NCBI RefSeq assembly: GCF_048593235.1
Contig: NC_133617.1
Location: forward strand, 664,000,958-664,064,957
Source of the DNA: Sminthopsis crassicaudata
Lineage: Eukaryota
Direction: 5' to 3'
DNA: 64,000 nucleotides
This document shows positions 38,022-51,507 of this stretch, in pieces. The notes beneath the pieces are model-generated. The model was not told the DNA's origin and ran no database searches. It saw nothing but the letters and a program-made list of their open reading frames with translations. Position 1 is the stretch's first letter. Each line of letters starts with the position of its first letter. Both the position numbers and the translations under genes were made by a program.

Positions 38022-38353
38022 ATAATAACCTAGTGTATTTGTTCTGTATTTTCTGGGCACTGAGTTAACTACTTCTGTCTGACTTTCACCTATGTATAAA
38101 AGTAGATTCAATTGAAAAGAAATATCCTTAAGTTTCAAATTCCTAGCATATTTACCAGCCAATAGATACAGTATCTGCTATTTTATTTCACTCAATCCAT
38201 GACTTCTTGACCTTCTTGGGCAATTGGATCATTACTGGACATATGTTTCACAATAAACAAGTTTTCTTAAACCTGATTTTACAGTAATTATAGAAAATAT
38301 GGATCATCGTTTAGAAATAAGTCTAGGAGAGGGTGGGATGAGGGTATGAAGAC

Positions 38354-38661
38354 NNNNNNNNNNNNNNNNNNNNNNNNNNNNNNNNNNNNNNNNNNNNNNN
38401 NNNNNNNNNNNNNNNNNNNNNNNNNNNNNNNNNNNNNNNNNNNNNNNNNNNNNNNNNNNNNNNNNNNNNNNNNNNNNNNNNNNNNNNNNNNNNNNNNNNN
38501 NGTGCNNNNNNNNNNNNNNNNNNNNNNNNNNNNNNNNNNNNNNNNNNNNNNNNNNNNNNNNNNNNNNNNNNNNNNNNNNNNNNNNNNNNNNNNNNNNNNN
38601 NNNNNNNNNNNNNNNNNNNNNNNNNNNNNNNNNNNNNNNNNNNNNNNNNNNNNNNNNNNNN
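38354..38661. other. Assembly gap (N run with a 4-nt island gtgc at 38502-38505)
   Basis: Direct reading. Confidence 0.99.
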
Positions 38662-38707
38662 GGACGTCGTTCCGGGAAAATCCCGACTCCTGGCGTGAAA
38701 GGATTAA
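38662..38707. mobile_element. Possible piggyBac-like DNA transposon terminus ending at TTAA
   Basis: ...ggcgtgaaagga|TTAA; reverse complement TTAA-TCCTTTCACGCC resembles piggyBac/MER85-type ends (CCCATTTATGCC, from memory); 5 CpGs in 46 nt. Confidence 0.4.
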
Positions 38708-40458
38708 GTGAGCTATCTTTTCTATACCTATATACACAGGACAGTTGCCTTGGCTACACAAGGCTCACACATTTTCACTCCTTAAGTTGCAGAACCTGTG
38801 AGGAACATCAGTAACATGTCACACACATAATCACAATATACATTATTATATGCATAGCTTTTACTGGCCTACATTTTCAGCAGGGAACTGCATACAATTC
38901 CACTTGAAAAAGGAATTGTTGTGCAATATCCCCTATGCTGAAAATGTATCCAAGGTTCAACAGGTCAAGACAATTGCAGCAGGTAAACAGGTGATGGTTA
39001 AGTGCAGCTCCTGCTCAAGATGACTGAAAACATCTGTGTTCTGTTGGATCCGAGAAAAGGAGGTAAGACTCCTGTGAGATAATTAGTATCCATTGACATG
39101 AGTAACTGGAGACTGCAGTGGGTAATATTTCTGGAACTTTCCCTGTTGGTGCTTGTGGTCAATGTCAGAGAAAAAGAAGAAATTTAATAATAAAAAAGTT
39201 AGAGACAGGAGTCCTTGCAAGTAGTTACCTACTTTTGACCCTTCTTAAATTCATTTTTAACTTAAGACATTTGAATTTTAATTTATAAGAACATATAAAT
39301 ATTTATATTGGGTCAGACTTTTTGTCCATTCAGCCCTAGGATGTGCCCTCAAGAGGCATAATTGTCTTGCATGACAGCATATCTAATAGAGTAGGATTAT
39401 TTACTCAACTTGGAAAGAAAATGTGAAGAAGTCAAAAGTTTAGATGGTTTGAGTAAGCAGTAAGGCAGAAATAAAAATATAGTGCTAGTGTAAATTGTAA
39501 TTTGGTTTTAAAAAATGTCCTGGGTTCTCTATAAACTCCCAACAACTTAAAGAGATATTGGATACTTAATTAAATTTTGTTGTCAAGTGATTTTTCTCAA
39601 GATTTTTTTTTTTTTTTTAATTTTGAGGAGAAAATGTTTGCCTTAAAAGTATGTGGGAGTGATTTAAGTAAGCTAAATTGATAAATCAACAAGTAGCTAA
39701 TTAGTAGTAGCTTATAAGGCAATAACAACAAACATTTAATAATAATGTTTGGGTTTTTTTTTTTTTAATTTATTTACATTTTTGTGGATTTTTTTTTCTT
39801 TATATTTCCCCAGTTTCACTTTTCCTTCCCTTCTCAAAAAAATATCCCCATATAATAGAATATTCTAAGATGAAAAGAAAGATAGGGGGGAAAATCACAA
39901 TTGATCAATACACTGAACAAATTTGAAAATATTTGCAAGGTATAACACTTGTTAACTTCCTTTCTCTACAAAGAGGTTGGGTATTAGGGTCTTCGTTCAC
40001 TTCTAATATTTTTGTCTTTTCATTTGAATTGTCACTACTTACACTGTTTTCTTGACTGCTTTGTATCATTTTGGGAAGTTTTTTAATGCTTTCTTGAATT
40101 CATCACCTTCATTTCTAAATATAGTGATGTCTTATATTTATTTAGCCTTTAACTAACTAATAGGCCTCTGTTTTGTTTGCATTTCTAAACTTTCACTAAA
40201 AAGTTCTGCTCTGAATATTTTGGTGAATATTTTGGTTCTTACAAATGGGCTTCTTGGAGTGTAAGCCTATAAATAGAATTTCTAGATCAAAAGATATGAA
40301 TATTATAATCAATTTTTGTACATAAATCAAAATTGCTTTCCAGAATAGTTGTATTGATTCACAGATTGACCAACAAAGTTGCTAGCCTACCTTCCCCAAG
40401 CTCTTCCAATCTTGGCTAGTCAAATCTTTTGTCATGATTTATAAGGCAAAAAGTCAAG

Positions 40459-41431
40459 NNNNNNNNNNNNNNNNNNNNNNNNNNNNNNNNNNNNNNNNNN
40501 NNNNNNNNNNNNNNNNNNNNNNNNNNNNNNNNNNNNNNNNNNNNNNNNNNNNNNNNNNNNNNNNNNNNNNNNNNNNNNNNNNNNNNNNNNNNNNNNNNNN
40601 NNNNNNNNNNNNNNNNNNNNNNNNNNNNNNNNNNNNNNNNNNNNNNNNNNNNNNNNNNNNNNNNNNNNNNNNNNNNNNNNNNNNNNNNNNNNNNNNNNNN
40701 NNNNNNNNNNNNNNNNNNNNNNNNNNNNNNNNNNNNNNNNNNNNNNNNNNNNNNNNNNNNNNNNNNNNNNNNNNNNNNNNNNNNNNNNNNNNNNNNNNNN
40801 NNNNNNNNNNNNNNNNNNNNNNNNNNNNNNNNNNNNNNNNNNNNNNNNNNNNNNNNNNNNNNNNNNNNNNNNNNNNNNNNNNNNNNNNNNNNNNNNNNNN
40901 NNNNNNNNNNNNNNNNNNNNNNNNNNNNNNNNNNNNNNNNNNNNNNNNNNNNNNNNNNNNNNNNNNNNNNNNNNNNNNNNNNNNNNNNNNNNNNNNNNNN
41001 NNNNNNNNNNNNNNNNNNNNNNNNNNNNNNNNNNNNNNNNNNNNNNNNNNNNNNNNNNNNNNNNNNNNNNNNNNNNNNNNNNNNNNNNNNNNNNNNNNNN
41101 NNNNNNNNNNNNNNNNNNNNNNNNNNNNNNNNNNNNNNNNNNNNNNNNNNNNNNNNNNNNNNNNNNNNNNNNNNNNNNNNNNNNNNNNNNNNNNNNNNNN
41201 NNNNNNNNNNNNNNNNNNNNNNNNNNNNNNNNNNNNNNNNNNNNNNNNNNNNNNNNNNNNNNNNNNNNNNNNNNNNNNNNNNNNNNNNNNNNNNNNNNNN
41301 NNNNNNNNNNNNNNNNNNNNNNNNNNNNNNNNNNNNNNNNNNNNNNNNNNNNNNNNNNNNNNNNNNNNNNNNNNNNNNNNNNNNNNNNNNNNNNNNNNNN
41401 NNNNNNNNNNNNNNNNNNNNNNNNNNNNNNN
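40459..41431. other. Assembly gap (973 N)
   Basis: Direct reading. Confidence 0.99.
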
Positions 41432-41533
41432 TCCACAGTCCAGAGTCACACAGCTAGGAAGTGTTAAGTGTTTGAAACTAGATTTGAACTCAGGTTCTCC
41501 TGACTTCAGGACTGGGGCCACCTCGCTGCTCCT
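41432..41533 (-). mobile_element. WSINE1-type SINE fragment cut by gap
   Basis: 'gtcacacagctaggaagtgttaagtgtttga...tttgaactcaggttctcctgacttcagg'. Confidence 0.8.
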
Positions 41534-41979
41534 TGATATGCAATTTCTTAATGATTTGAAGCATTTTTTTTCCCCATGTAGTTGCATATATTTTTTATTT
41601 CTGTAGGTTCTCAAATAAATAAATTTACTGCAAAACAGATGTCCCAAGTCAAGCCAAACCATTTCATTTTAAATGAAGTTTTATAAAATTTTTAACCTAT
41701 CTCTCCTGTCTAATTTCTAAAATCATCATGATTTTGTTTTTGTTCATGAAGTAATATGAACAGTTCTAGAAGAAATTCATAAGTCTAGGCAGTGGAAGAA
41801 ATTGACTCCAACTTTTTTGGAGTTTTAGATATCTGGAACATAGTAAATATTTATAGTATGGAATTTTTAAGTGCCTATACATCAAATACAAAGGATATTT
41901 CAGTATCCTTGAAGTCATCAAGTCTTTTAGATAATAGTATAATTACAATTTCAGAAAAGCATTTATCTTTTTGGCAATC

Positions 41980-42560
41980 AATTTAACATATTTATTGTGC
42001 TCCTATGTATAATGTATGGGCTAGGCACTGGGCATGTTAAAATGCAAATTAAGTCTTTGTCTTCAAGGATGATAAAGTTAATCAAATGGGAAAAGTAAAA
42101 TAAAATCAGAATTTTCAAAAGTCCTAGAAATCCAAAGGGTAAGATTGGGGAACTAACACTTATTATAGCTGACAGGATATTAAAGAAAGCAATGGTATTT
42201 AAGATAGGTTTTGAAGGTATAAAAAAATCTTGGAAAAAGTACAAATGTCCTGGGGTTAAGAGAGAGAGGACAAGATCTGGAAATGACTGGTGGTCCAGTT
42301 TGGCCATATTATAAAAAGATAGCATAAAAAAGTTGGAAAATTAAGGCTTTAGGTAATTCTAATGGGGCAAGATTAAAATCAGATTATTCTAGGCAGTGAC
42401 TAACAAAGGAGTGGCATAATTAGACTTATGCCTTAGATTTTTACTTTGGCAATAATAGTAAAAGACAAATTTGAGAGAATATGGCTAGAATGTTAATAAT
42501 GAAAGTGATAGTGTTGTAAAGGAGGTAGTTTTAAATAGAAACTGTGCTGCTGGGTGATCC
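41980..42560 (-). mobile_element. L2 3' remnant
   Basis: 'caatcaatttaacatatttattgtgctcctatgt...ggctaggcactggg' is an antisense L2 3' end. Confidence 0.6.
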
Positions 42561-42929
42561 ACATTATCACTTATTATTCAATCAATATTTGAGTATTTCT
42601 TATGTGAAACTATATCTTTGATAGTGGGCAAAGAAAAGTAAAGCAATCTTTATCCTCGTGAAGATTTGCGTCACAGTTTCTTCATGCAACGGGTTTTTTT
42701 CTTGCCATACTTGCAGTTGGTTACTCTTAGCTTTTCCATAACTCCTTTAAAAAATTCTTTTAGCTCTAGTTTAATTGTCTCTTAAAATGGATTCATAAAA
42801 ACTTTTATTATGATTGAGCTCTTTTCAAATGGAAGACCTTGCCATATAATTTATTGAAAAAAATATTATTTATGCTAAATAGTTGTTTAATATTCTAGAA
42901 CTCAAAACCTCCTAATACTATTTTAGATG

Positions 42930-43810
42930 TTAACCTTCTCAGCCAAACTCCTTGAAAAAAGTACTTGCTTACTTCTCCTTCCTTTCTTTCACTTTACAAC
43001 TGGTACAGCCCATCTTTTATTATATTGACATTATCTTCTTGTTAAGTTACTAGTGATTTTTCTTATTTGTTGGATATCTTCTTTTTTTTTTTTTTTCCTT
43101 TTTTTTTCTTTTTTAACTGCTTATCCTTCTGGAAATCTACATCATTTGGCCCTTAGTGTGATTCTCTGATTTTCAACATCTGCTCTTTTTGGTTCTTTTT
43201 CTCCTACTCCCTAGACTCCTTTACTAGATCATCATTCACTACCTGACTCATAACTATGGATGTTTCCTGAGGCTTTGCCCTGGACCCTTTTCCTTCTTTG
43301 AACTCTCTCCCTCAATTGCCTTATGAGTTCACATGGGTTAAATTATTATCTCTCTACAGATAAGTTATAGATCTTTATATTTAGCGCTAGTCTTTCCTGA
43401 ACTCTGCATCAGCTATTACTTATTGGACATTTAAAACTGTATGGCATACATTTTAAAATGAATATGTCCAAAACCAAAGTTGATTATTTTTCTCCAGAGC
43501 CCAATCTTCCCCTCCTCCTCTTCTTCTCTAATGTCCTTCCTTCTATCCAAGATATTACCATCCTTATCTGGGTTCAGAGCTTCATTGTTCCTTTTTCTTT
43601 GCTTTTTCACTCCTCTATCCAATCAGTTTCCAAATCTTACTGTACACACCCTCACTGTTTCCAGTTGATGCCCTCAAATGATTCCCACCATAGTTAAGGC
43701 CCTCACCACCTTTTTGTCCTATTCTATTGCTTTCTAATTTATGTCCCTGTCCTAATTTTTTTCCCTCTCCAATCCTTTACATAGCTACAGTTATTCCTCA
43801 AGCAGAAATC
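42930..43810 (+). mobile_element. L2 LINE remnant
   Basis: Pyrimidine-rich L2-like body ('atgtccaaaaccaaagttgattatttttctcc', 'ctatccaatcagtttccaaatctt'). Confidence 0.55.
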
Positions 43811-45860
43811 TTAACCTAATGGTGTGACCAGAACTCCAAGTAATATTCCCAGTGTGAATGTACTATGCTTTTATAAAGAAAAACAATGTTTTCTCTTTTT
43901 AGTATCCTTTGTAGTGATCCCACAATGATCAACAGCCATTTAATTAAGACCTTATGATGGCTAAAATACTATTAGAAGTAGTATAAAGAATAGAATAAGA
44001 TGAGTAAGAGATTGGTGGAGATAATATTTCCATCTGCAGAATCATGGAAGACTTTTTAGAACAATAATATTTGAGATGAGACTTGATAGATAGAAATTCA
44101 AAAGAGACACAAAGATATATGGGGATTAGGGCATTCTGACCAAAGGAAACTTTGGAAATGAAGACATCTTGATATTGGGAGATAAATACAACTGTCATTA
44201 GGCCAAAAAGGGTTATTGGAGGATTTTAGATAATCTACTTTTAAGTTTCCTTGAGCAACTCTTTTCTTCTGGGCCTCAGTTTTCTACTTTGTTAGGTGAG
44301 CTTTCAACTAGATCATTACTATATCCAGTGGCTTTTCCACTATATTATGCAGTGTGCCTCTCAAAAATAAAACAAATGGGGAGGCCTGGGTTTCCTGTGT
44401 CTTATTGATGCAGTGCTAGTGGTAGTGAAAAGAGGTATGAGAATTGAGGTGGGGAAATCCCCTCTGGTCAGTGCAGGTCCAGTGTAAAAAATTTAGCAAA
44501 CCCAAAAATCCGAGGCAAAAGGGAATTTTATTGGCACTGAGAAGCTAGCAGAAAGGTATGCTTTTCCCAGGGGAGAACTTGAGACTGCAATCACTTTTTA
44601 CAGATTAAAGGGGACACAGTTTCAGGGTTCACCCCCATCATTATGCCATTTATTTGGTTTTTACTCCTTTCTCAAGGATTTCTGTACTATGCTTCTAGAA
44701 TTCTCTTTCAAGCCATTAAACCTGTAGAGCCTTTATTATAAACATATTTACAAAAAATATATATTCTGACCAAAATCATCATGAGGATTTACTGACATTC
44801 CCCAAATATAGACAACTAATAAATTGTATGGATGCTGTATATTTCTTGTAATTTTAGCTGCTTTATTTTTAAAAAATTATTTTGATTTTAATAATCAAAT
44901 ATGCAAAATCTAAAATCCTCCCTTAGCCCCTATCCGCATAGGGACAAAATATTTATATGTACCTCCCAGTTCTAGGAATCCATAGCTAATTAGGGAAATG
45001 CAAAATTGCGATTACTTCTTATAAATATTTGGAAAATGTCTTTTAAATTTTTTTAAATTTCTCTTCACTCCCATTATTTTTAATAAGCTAACACTTCTAA
45101 TTCTAAAAATTTATCATTCCAATACATTTCTTTCCAAGTAGTTTAGAAATACTTCTACTTTAGAAAGCTTTAAACTGATGTTGTTGGACCTTAGAATTTC
45201 TGTTTCTTTAACATCATTAGAGTTCTTAGCTGTTAACTGTCATATATATGCACAATATAGCTCATCCTCTACTTCTAACATTTGATACTGTTGATCCCCT
45301 GGATTCTCTCTCATTGGAGTTTTCCTGTCAGTGCTTTCTCCTAGTTCTTTTCCATGTCTAACAATTCTCCTTAGTCCCCAGACCCTTTTCTAGTATTCAC
45401 TTAATCTTATTAGTTCCTTGTATTTGAATTATTTTATTTATATGATTCCAAGATCTATATTTCCAGCCTCAGACTTTTCCTTGAGTTCCATTCCTATGTA
45501 TTTAATTGCCTATTGGATTTTATAAACTAAGTATGTCAGAGACTCATTGTCATCCCATTCCTATGTATATTCCTCTACTAAACTTTCCTCTTTCTCTTTA
45601 AAATTTGCCACCTCAGCATTCATCTACAATTCCTCCATTCTGTTTTTGTTATAACAAAGACATTATTCTTAATCTCCCTACATAGCTAATAACTTATCTT
45701 ACAAATTGTATGTCCATGTAATTCTATTGGTCCCCTTTTCTCCATTCATACAACCACTACTGTAGTTTACTCTTTTACCTCTCACCTTTACTATTGCAGT
45801 GTCTTAATGAGTTTTCTTATTTTGAGCTTCTCCATTCTGTAAACCATCATCCACATTATG

Positions 45861-45945
45861 GTTAAGTGTCTGAGATCTGATTTGAACTCAAGTCCTCCTG
45901 ACTTCAGGGGTAGTGCTCTATCCACTACATCACCTAGCTGTCCCC
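45861..45945 (-). mobile_element. Truncated WSINE1-type SINE
   Basis: 'gttaagtgtctgagatctgatttgaactcaagtcctcctgacttcagggg...cacctagctgtcccc'. Confidence 0.8.
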
Positions 45946-47289
45946 TAAAGAACAAATCTTTTGGTTTCTAATCAGAATAGGAAGTTCTTGGAAGACATTT
46001 GTTTGTCAATAAAGAACAGGAAAAAAAGGACTACATGTAAAACCATAATTTCTAACATACAGCTTGCTTCTTTAAAATTATAATAATGTTACTTTCCAAG
46101 CTTTCCAGCTTGTCTACATTTACTGTTGAATGTTTTGTGCATATTTTTAAAAATGCCTTGATGATTTTTTTTTTTAAATTTGTTTCTTTTCATTTGGGGA
46201 ATGAGGTAAGAAGTAAGAAAGTGGGTTTTTTGTTTTGTTTTTTTTACTGTTTTTTAGTACTTTTTGAGATCTGGGATTATTAGACAGGATACAAATGTAA
46301 TAAAAGAAAGACAGTCACTACCTTCAAGGAGCATACAATTTAATGGCAAGAGGTAAGCTCAGGGACTACCAGGCTTAGGAACAAGGTATAGTCTAAGAAA
46401 TTGAAGCTGTGGGAAAATAGATGGCGGATTTGAGTCTTGGAGAGAGCTTTCTTTATATATAGGCTTTGGGAAAAGTTTTATAATCTGACTTCCAGCCCTA
46501 CAATTAAAAAAGGTAGAAGATATTGATGGTACTGAAGGAGGGAGCATCTAAGTTGATGCCTCTTTTGGAAGCACTTTACATATATTACCTAATTTTTGAT
46601 TCTCATTATTTCACTTAAAATTTTTGACTATTTGAATTTTTCTGTCCTAAGTGAATCTTGTTACTTTTTTTTCTCCTGGATCTAAAAATTTAATCTCTAT
46701 TGATAATTTAATGTGAAAAGTAAAAAAAAAAAAAAAAAAAAAGATATATTATTGTCATTTCTATTGTATTAGCATGATGTGTACTTGACATGAGTCTTAA
46801 TCAATTTTAGGTCAGTTTGATTGCTCTGCTGGAAAGCAGAACTACTTTTTAAAGTAGTTAATGTCATTTTCTGATCTTAATAAATTTAGATTTCTAGTAT
46901 GAGTGATGAAGATATGACAGGAAGAGAGTTTGGTCTCATTAATATGTCTTTCTAATAAATAACTTATCTGAAGGGGTACAGGTCAACATATATGATCTAA
47001 CAAGTATTTTTAGTTTTGAAATGTGTGCTGAGTTTTAGATAACATAAATTATGTTTAGAGTTTTTACCAGACTCATATAAATCCTGCACAATGGATAAGT
47101 GTTTCATACAGAATCTTAAATCATGATTTGTTTTATCATTTTCCAGATTTTAGTTGTTGCAAGTTTATGCTTTGTGTATAAGGGGAACTTTAGTTATTTC
47201 AAAGGGGGCAAAATAACAAGAAAGGGGGGTGGAGATACTTTGAAAGATACACTAGTGGACTGAAAATAAAATGAAATAAATTTCTCCTT

Positions 47290-47430
47290 TTTCTTTTCTT
47301 TTTTTTTGGGGGGGGGGAGAAGCAGTTAGGGTTCACAGCTAGAACATATTAAATGTCTGAGGTCACATTTGAACTCAGGTCCTCCTGACTCCAGTATTGG
47401 TGCTCTATCCACTATGCTATTGAGCTATTC
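47290..47430 (-). mobile_element. Diverged WSINE1/Mar1-type SINE
   Basis: 'tttgaactcaggtcctcctgactccag...gctctatccactatg' preceded by a T-rich tail. Confidence 0.7.
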
Positions 47431-47899
47431 GTAGGATGAAAATTTCTAACTAGATAAGAGAATATCTTCAAAGCATAGAAATAAAAAGGAATCAAAAGAT
47501 TTATTTAAGCTCAAATTATTCTGTATACTTTTCTATGGAGATTTAATAGACAAAATACTTGAGATTGTCAAGAAAACTAGGGTTCTAGCCTTGTGACCAT
47601 AGACAAATCTAGTTAACTTCCTCTTCCTTCCCCTATTTTACTTTCCTTTTGTATAAAATCTTAATAATACCTTACAGGATTTTGAGATTGAAATGATAAT
47701 TTATGTAGAATGCATCGCAAACTGGAAAATTCCCAACAGAAAGAGTTATATTATCCATCATGCCTTAGGAAGATAGTGAATTTCCCCTTCTTAAAGGAAA
47801 TAAATGTTGGATGGTTATTTATTTAGAGAAATTTTTCATATGGCTATAGATGGCTTTAATTTCTTCATCTGAAAATTGTATCCTTTCACCATTTATTAA

Positions 47900-48840
47900 T
47901 GGTTAATGAGGAATAACTTGTATTCTTATAAATTTGAGTCAGTTCTCTTAAGTGAGGCCTTTTATCAGAAACACTGCCTGTAAAAATTGTTTCCCAGCTT
48001 TCTGTTTCCCTTCTAATCTTGACTGTATTGGTTTTTTAGATACAAAAACTAACTAATTTAAGATAATCAAAATTACCCATTTTGCAATTGGGTAATGTTC
48101 TCTATTATTTATTTAGTCATAAATTCCTCTCTTCTCCAAAGAATGGACAGATAAACTATCCCTTGTTCTCCTAATTTGCTTATATCACCCTTTATGTTCA
48201 AATGATTGAACTCATTTCGACTATATCTTGGTATATGGTCTAAAATGTTTATGCCTAATTTCTGTCGTGCTATTTTTTAGTGTTCTTAGCAATTTTTGTC
48301 AAATAGTGAGTTCTTAGCCCTGAAGCTAGGGCCTTTGAGTTTATCAAACACTAGACTACTATAGTCACTGACTATTTATATCTTGCATATCTAACCTATT
48401 TCAGTGATCTGCCACTCTGTTTCTTAGCCAAATAACAAATGCTTTTGATGACTGACGCTTTATAGTATAGTTTTAGGTCTGGGACAGCTAGACTACCTTC
48501 TTTTGCCTTTTCTCCCCCTCTTCATTAATTCCCTTGTTATTTTTTACTCTTCTTCCAGATGAATTTTGTTATTATTTTTTCTAGCTCTACAAAGTAATTT
48601 TTTTTTTTTTTTGGGCAGTTTAATTGATCTGACACTGACTAAATAGATTATTTTAGGTAGAATTGTTATTTTTATTGTATTAGCTCAGCCTATCCATGAG
48701 CAATTGATATTTTTTTAATTGTTTAGATTTGACTTTATTTGTATAAAAAGTGTTTGGTAATTGTGTTGATAAAGTTCTTGTCTTAGCAGACAGACTTCCA
48801 AATATTTTATCATATCTACAGTTAATATTAAATGGAATTA
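47900..48840 (-). mobile_element. L1 ORF2 (RT to C-terminal region) remnant
   Basis: Antisense L1 motifs 'gaggcctttatcagaaacac', 'ttccagatgaattttgttattattttttctagctct', 'cctatccatgagcaattgata'. Confidence 0.8.
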
Positions 48841-51507
48841 TAGATGGTTATTGATAAAATATATTGTAGTGAGTATTCCTCTGTGGTATGATTTGGATTA
48901 GATGATGACCGATCCCTTTGAACTCTAGAATATTATGATCTTACAAAGTCAATCTATGTGGTAGTTTATTTTTCCTCATGAGAGCTAGAGAAATGTATCG
49001 AACTTAACATCTATCATTATTTTTTGTAGTATTTTCTTTGACTAATGCCTGGCATTTATATTGTGCTTTACAATTTGTAAAGTGTTTTTCATTCACTCTT
49101 ATTTGATCCTCAGAGTAATACTTTGAGGTAGGCAATGCAAATATATCCCCTCTTACAAATGGGGAAATCAAGACTAAGAAGTAATTAATTGCATGGCTTG
49201 AATTACATGCCTATTAACAGAACTAGGATTTGAGCTAGATTCAAATCCATTATACTTTGCATTACTTCATCTGCTGGACTTGCATTATACTATCATTATG
49301 GAATAATTTCAATGCAGTTCCTATTAAGGGAAAAGAGAATTTCATGCAAACAAGAGTCCAATTTTTTATTTTTGATGACTTGTCTTTTACCACACTGTTA
49401 TATTTTAGTATTGGGAATTTCGTTATGTATGTATATGCATCTATACATATATGCATATATTCCTACAAAGTGAGTGTGAGTGGTATGTGTTTTTGAGGTG
49501 GGGTGGAGGGTTAGGCAGGCAATGTTAGTCTTTCAGGTTTTTTTGTTATTATGAGGGATCCTCCCTTGAAAGTCTAAATGTGGATCTGTCTATTCAACAA
49601 ACCACCTAGAAAAGTCAGAGGCTTTTTACTTTGGCAATAAGGTGTAGAATTTTTCCACCTTAGCACTCATAGACTATATATTAAGTTACAAAGGAAGTTA
49701 ACCTTACTAGAAGGAAGAGTGATTATATTAATTTTGACAAAATGACTTCAAACTATTGAAAAATAATATACATCTATGCGTATCTACGTTTACTTCTTTG
49801 TATATCTATATGTCAATTTTTTCTCCTCCAACATTTAGTTTACTGATAGCGTTAAGATATATCAAGTTGTATTGATCATGAATTGCAAACATTTGAAAAG
49901 CATATGGCATGACTTCTTTTGTCCAAAAACTAAGCTTTATAAATATAATCAACCTGATCTATAGAAGATCATTAGTGACTTCATACTTGTAATTAAAATT
50001 TGACCTGCATACTAAAATATGGTAGAAAAGAGGAAGTAAAATTATAGAATAAAGTGTAAGAGAGATCGTTATCCTTAGCATTAAAAGACACTGGCAAAGA
50101 AATCTGAAAGAGATCTATAGAAGTTTTACATGAGAAGACTACAGTACTATATTTGGATTTTGTGCAATTATAGAAATTCAAGTCTGTTTTAAATTTGACA
50201 GTCTAAAGAAGTGTTCATATAATCTTCAAGGGATGAAATGGGGAAAAAAATCTCTTAAAATAATTCAGTACTATTCCCTAATTCTACTTTTAAGGAATCC
50301 ATGATTACTATTTTCCTCTCCAGTTTATCAGCAACAAGAATATTTTTAAGTCTCTGGTTGTTCTTGTTGTTTATGTTTCTGTTGTTCTCAAAGAGGACCA
50401 TGATATCAGGACAGTAATGCGGTGATATGTAAGTGAATTGGATTTGAATGAGGGAGGGCTGTGCAAAGTGTGTCTAGTAATGGCTAATGAAGTCTAAATT
50501 TAGATGAGGACAGACTGATTGGAATAGATTTTAATTTTATACATGAATTTACTACAGATCACCAGCTAATAGATTATATTATATTATTTATTGTGGAGGT
50601 TTTTTAAACAAAACTGCATGATAAGATTGAGTTCAAGGGTTAAAACAACAAAAATTAATCTTATTCTATTTCTAGTAAAATTTTTACTCCCTGAAAGATA
50701 CATGAAAACCTAGCTTAATGTTTCAGAAATTTAGATTAAAATATGACTAAAATGAAAGAATTTATTAAGTGCTTACTATGTGCCAGGCAATATGTTAAAT
50801 GCTTTATATTATTATCTTATTTGATTTTCATAAAAACCCAAGAAGGTAGATGCTATTATTATCCCTATTTTACAGTTGGGCAAACTGAGATAGGGGTTCA
50901 TTAAGTAAGATATTTGGCTAGTAGATATTTGAGACCAGATGTGAACTTGGATCTTCCAAACTCTAGATCTAGTGTTTTCTTCTTGTTATTTCCTGTTTAG
51001 CTTTACAAAGCTTGTTTGTATATATTTATTTGCATAGTGTGTCTTCTCCATATTAGATTGTGAGCTCCAGTGTTTAACACAATGCTTACCACTTAGTAGG
51101 TGCTTAATAAATCCTCATTGATCCAATAAGACATATTTGAACTACTCAGATCTTCCTGAATCCAGTTTATGTGCTCTATCTAGGAAATACAACTTTGTCT
51201 CATGTAATTATAGTAAATAGCTACAATTACATCAGTATTGTGTAGTAGATAAAGCACAAGACTAGGAGTCCAGATATACTTGAATCCTTTCCTAACCAGT
51301 TCTGCTTTATTCCTGGCAAGTAACTTAATCTCTCCAGGACTCAGTTTCCTCCTCTGTAACATGATAGAGTTAGATAGATTCAGTGACTTGAGAATGCTAT
51401 TCAGAAGCTTTTATTAAAAAAGATTATTTCTGACCTGATAAGGTAGACTTAATGTATTTCATCAACTGAGCCAATCAGAAATCCATTGAATAAAAAATGA
51501 ATTTAAG

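Noticed and set aside
38288-41662. Long ORFs of 121-402 aa in the ORF track
   Set aside because: Artefacts of translating N runs
46903-46971. C-box GTGATGA ... D-box CTGA, snoRNA-like spacing
   Set aside because: No terminal stem and no recognisable rRNA or snRNA guide
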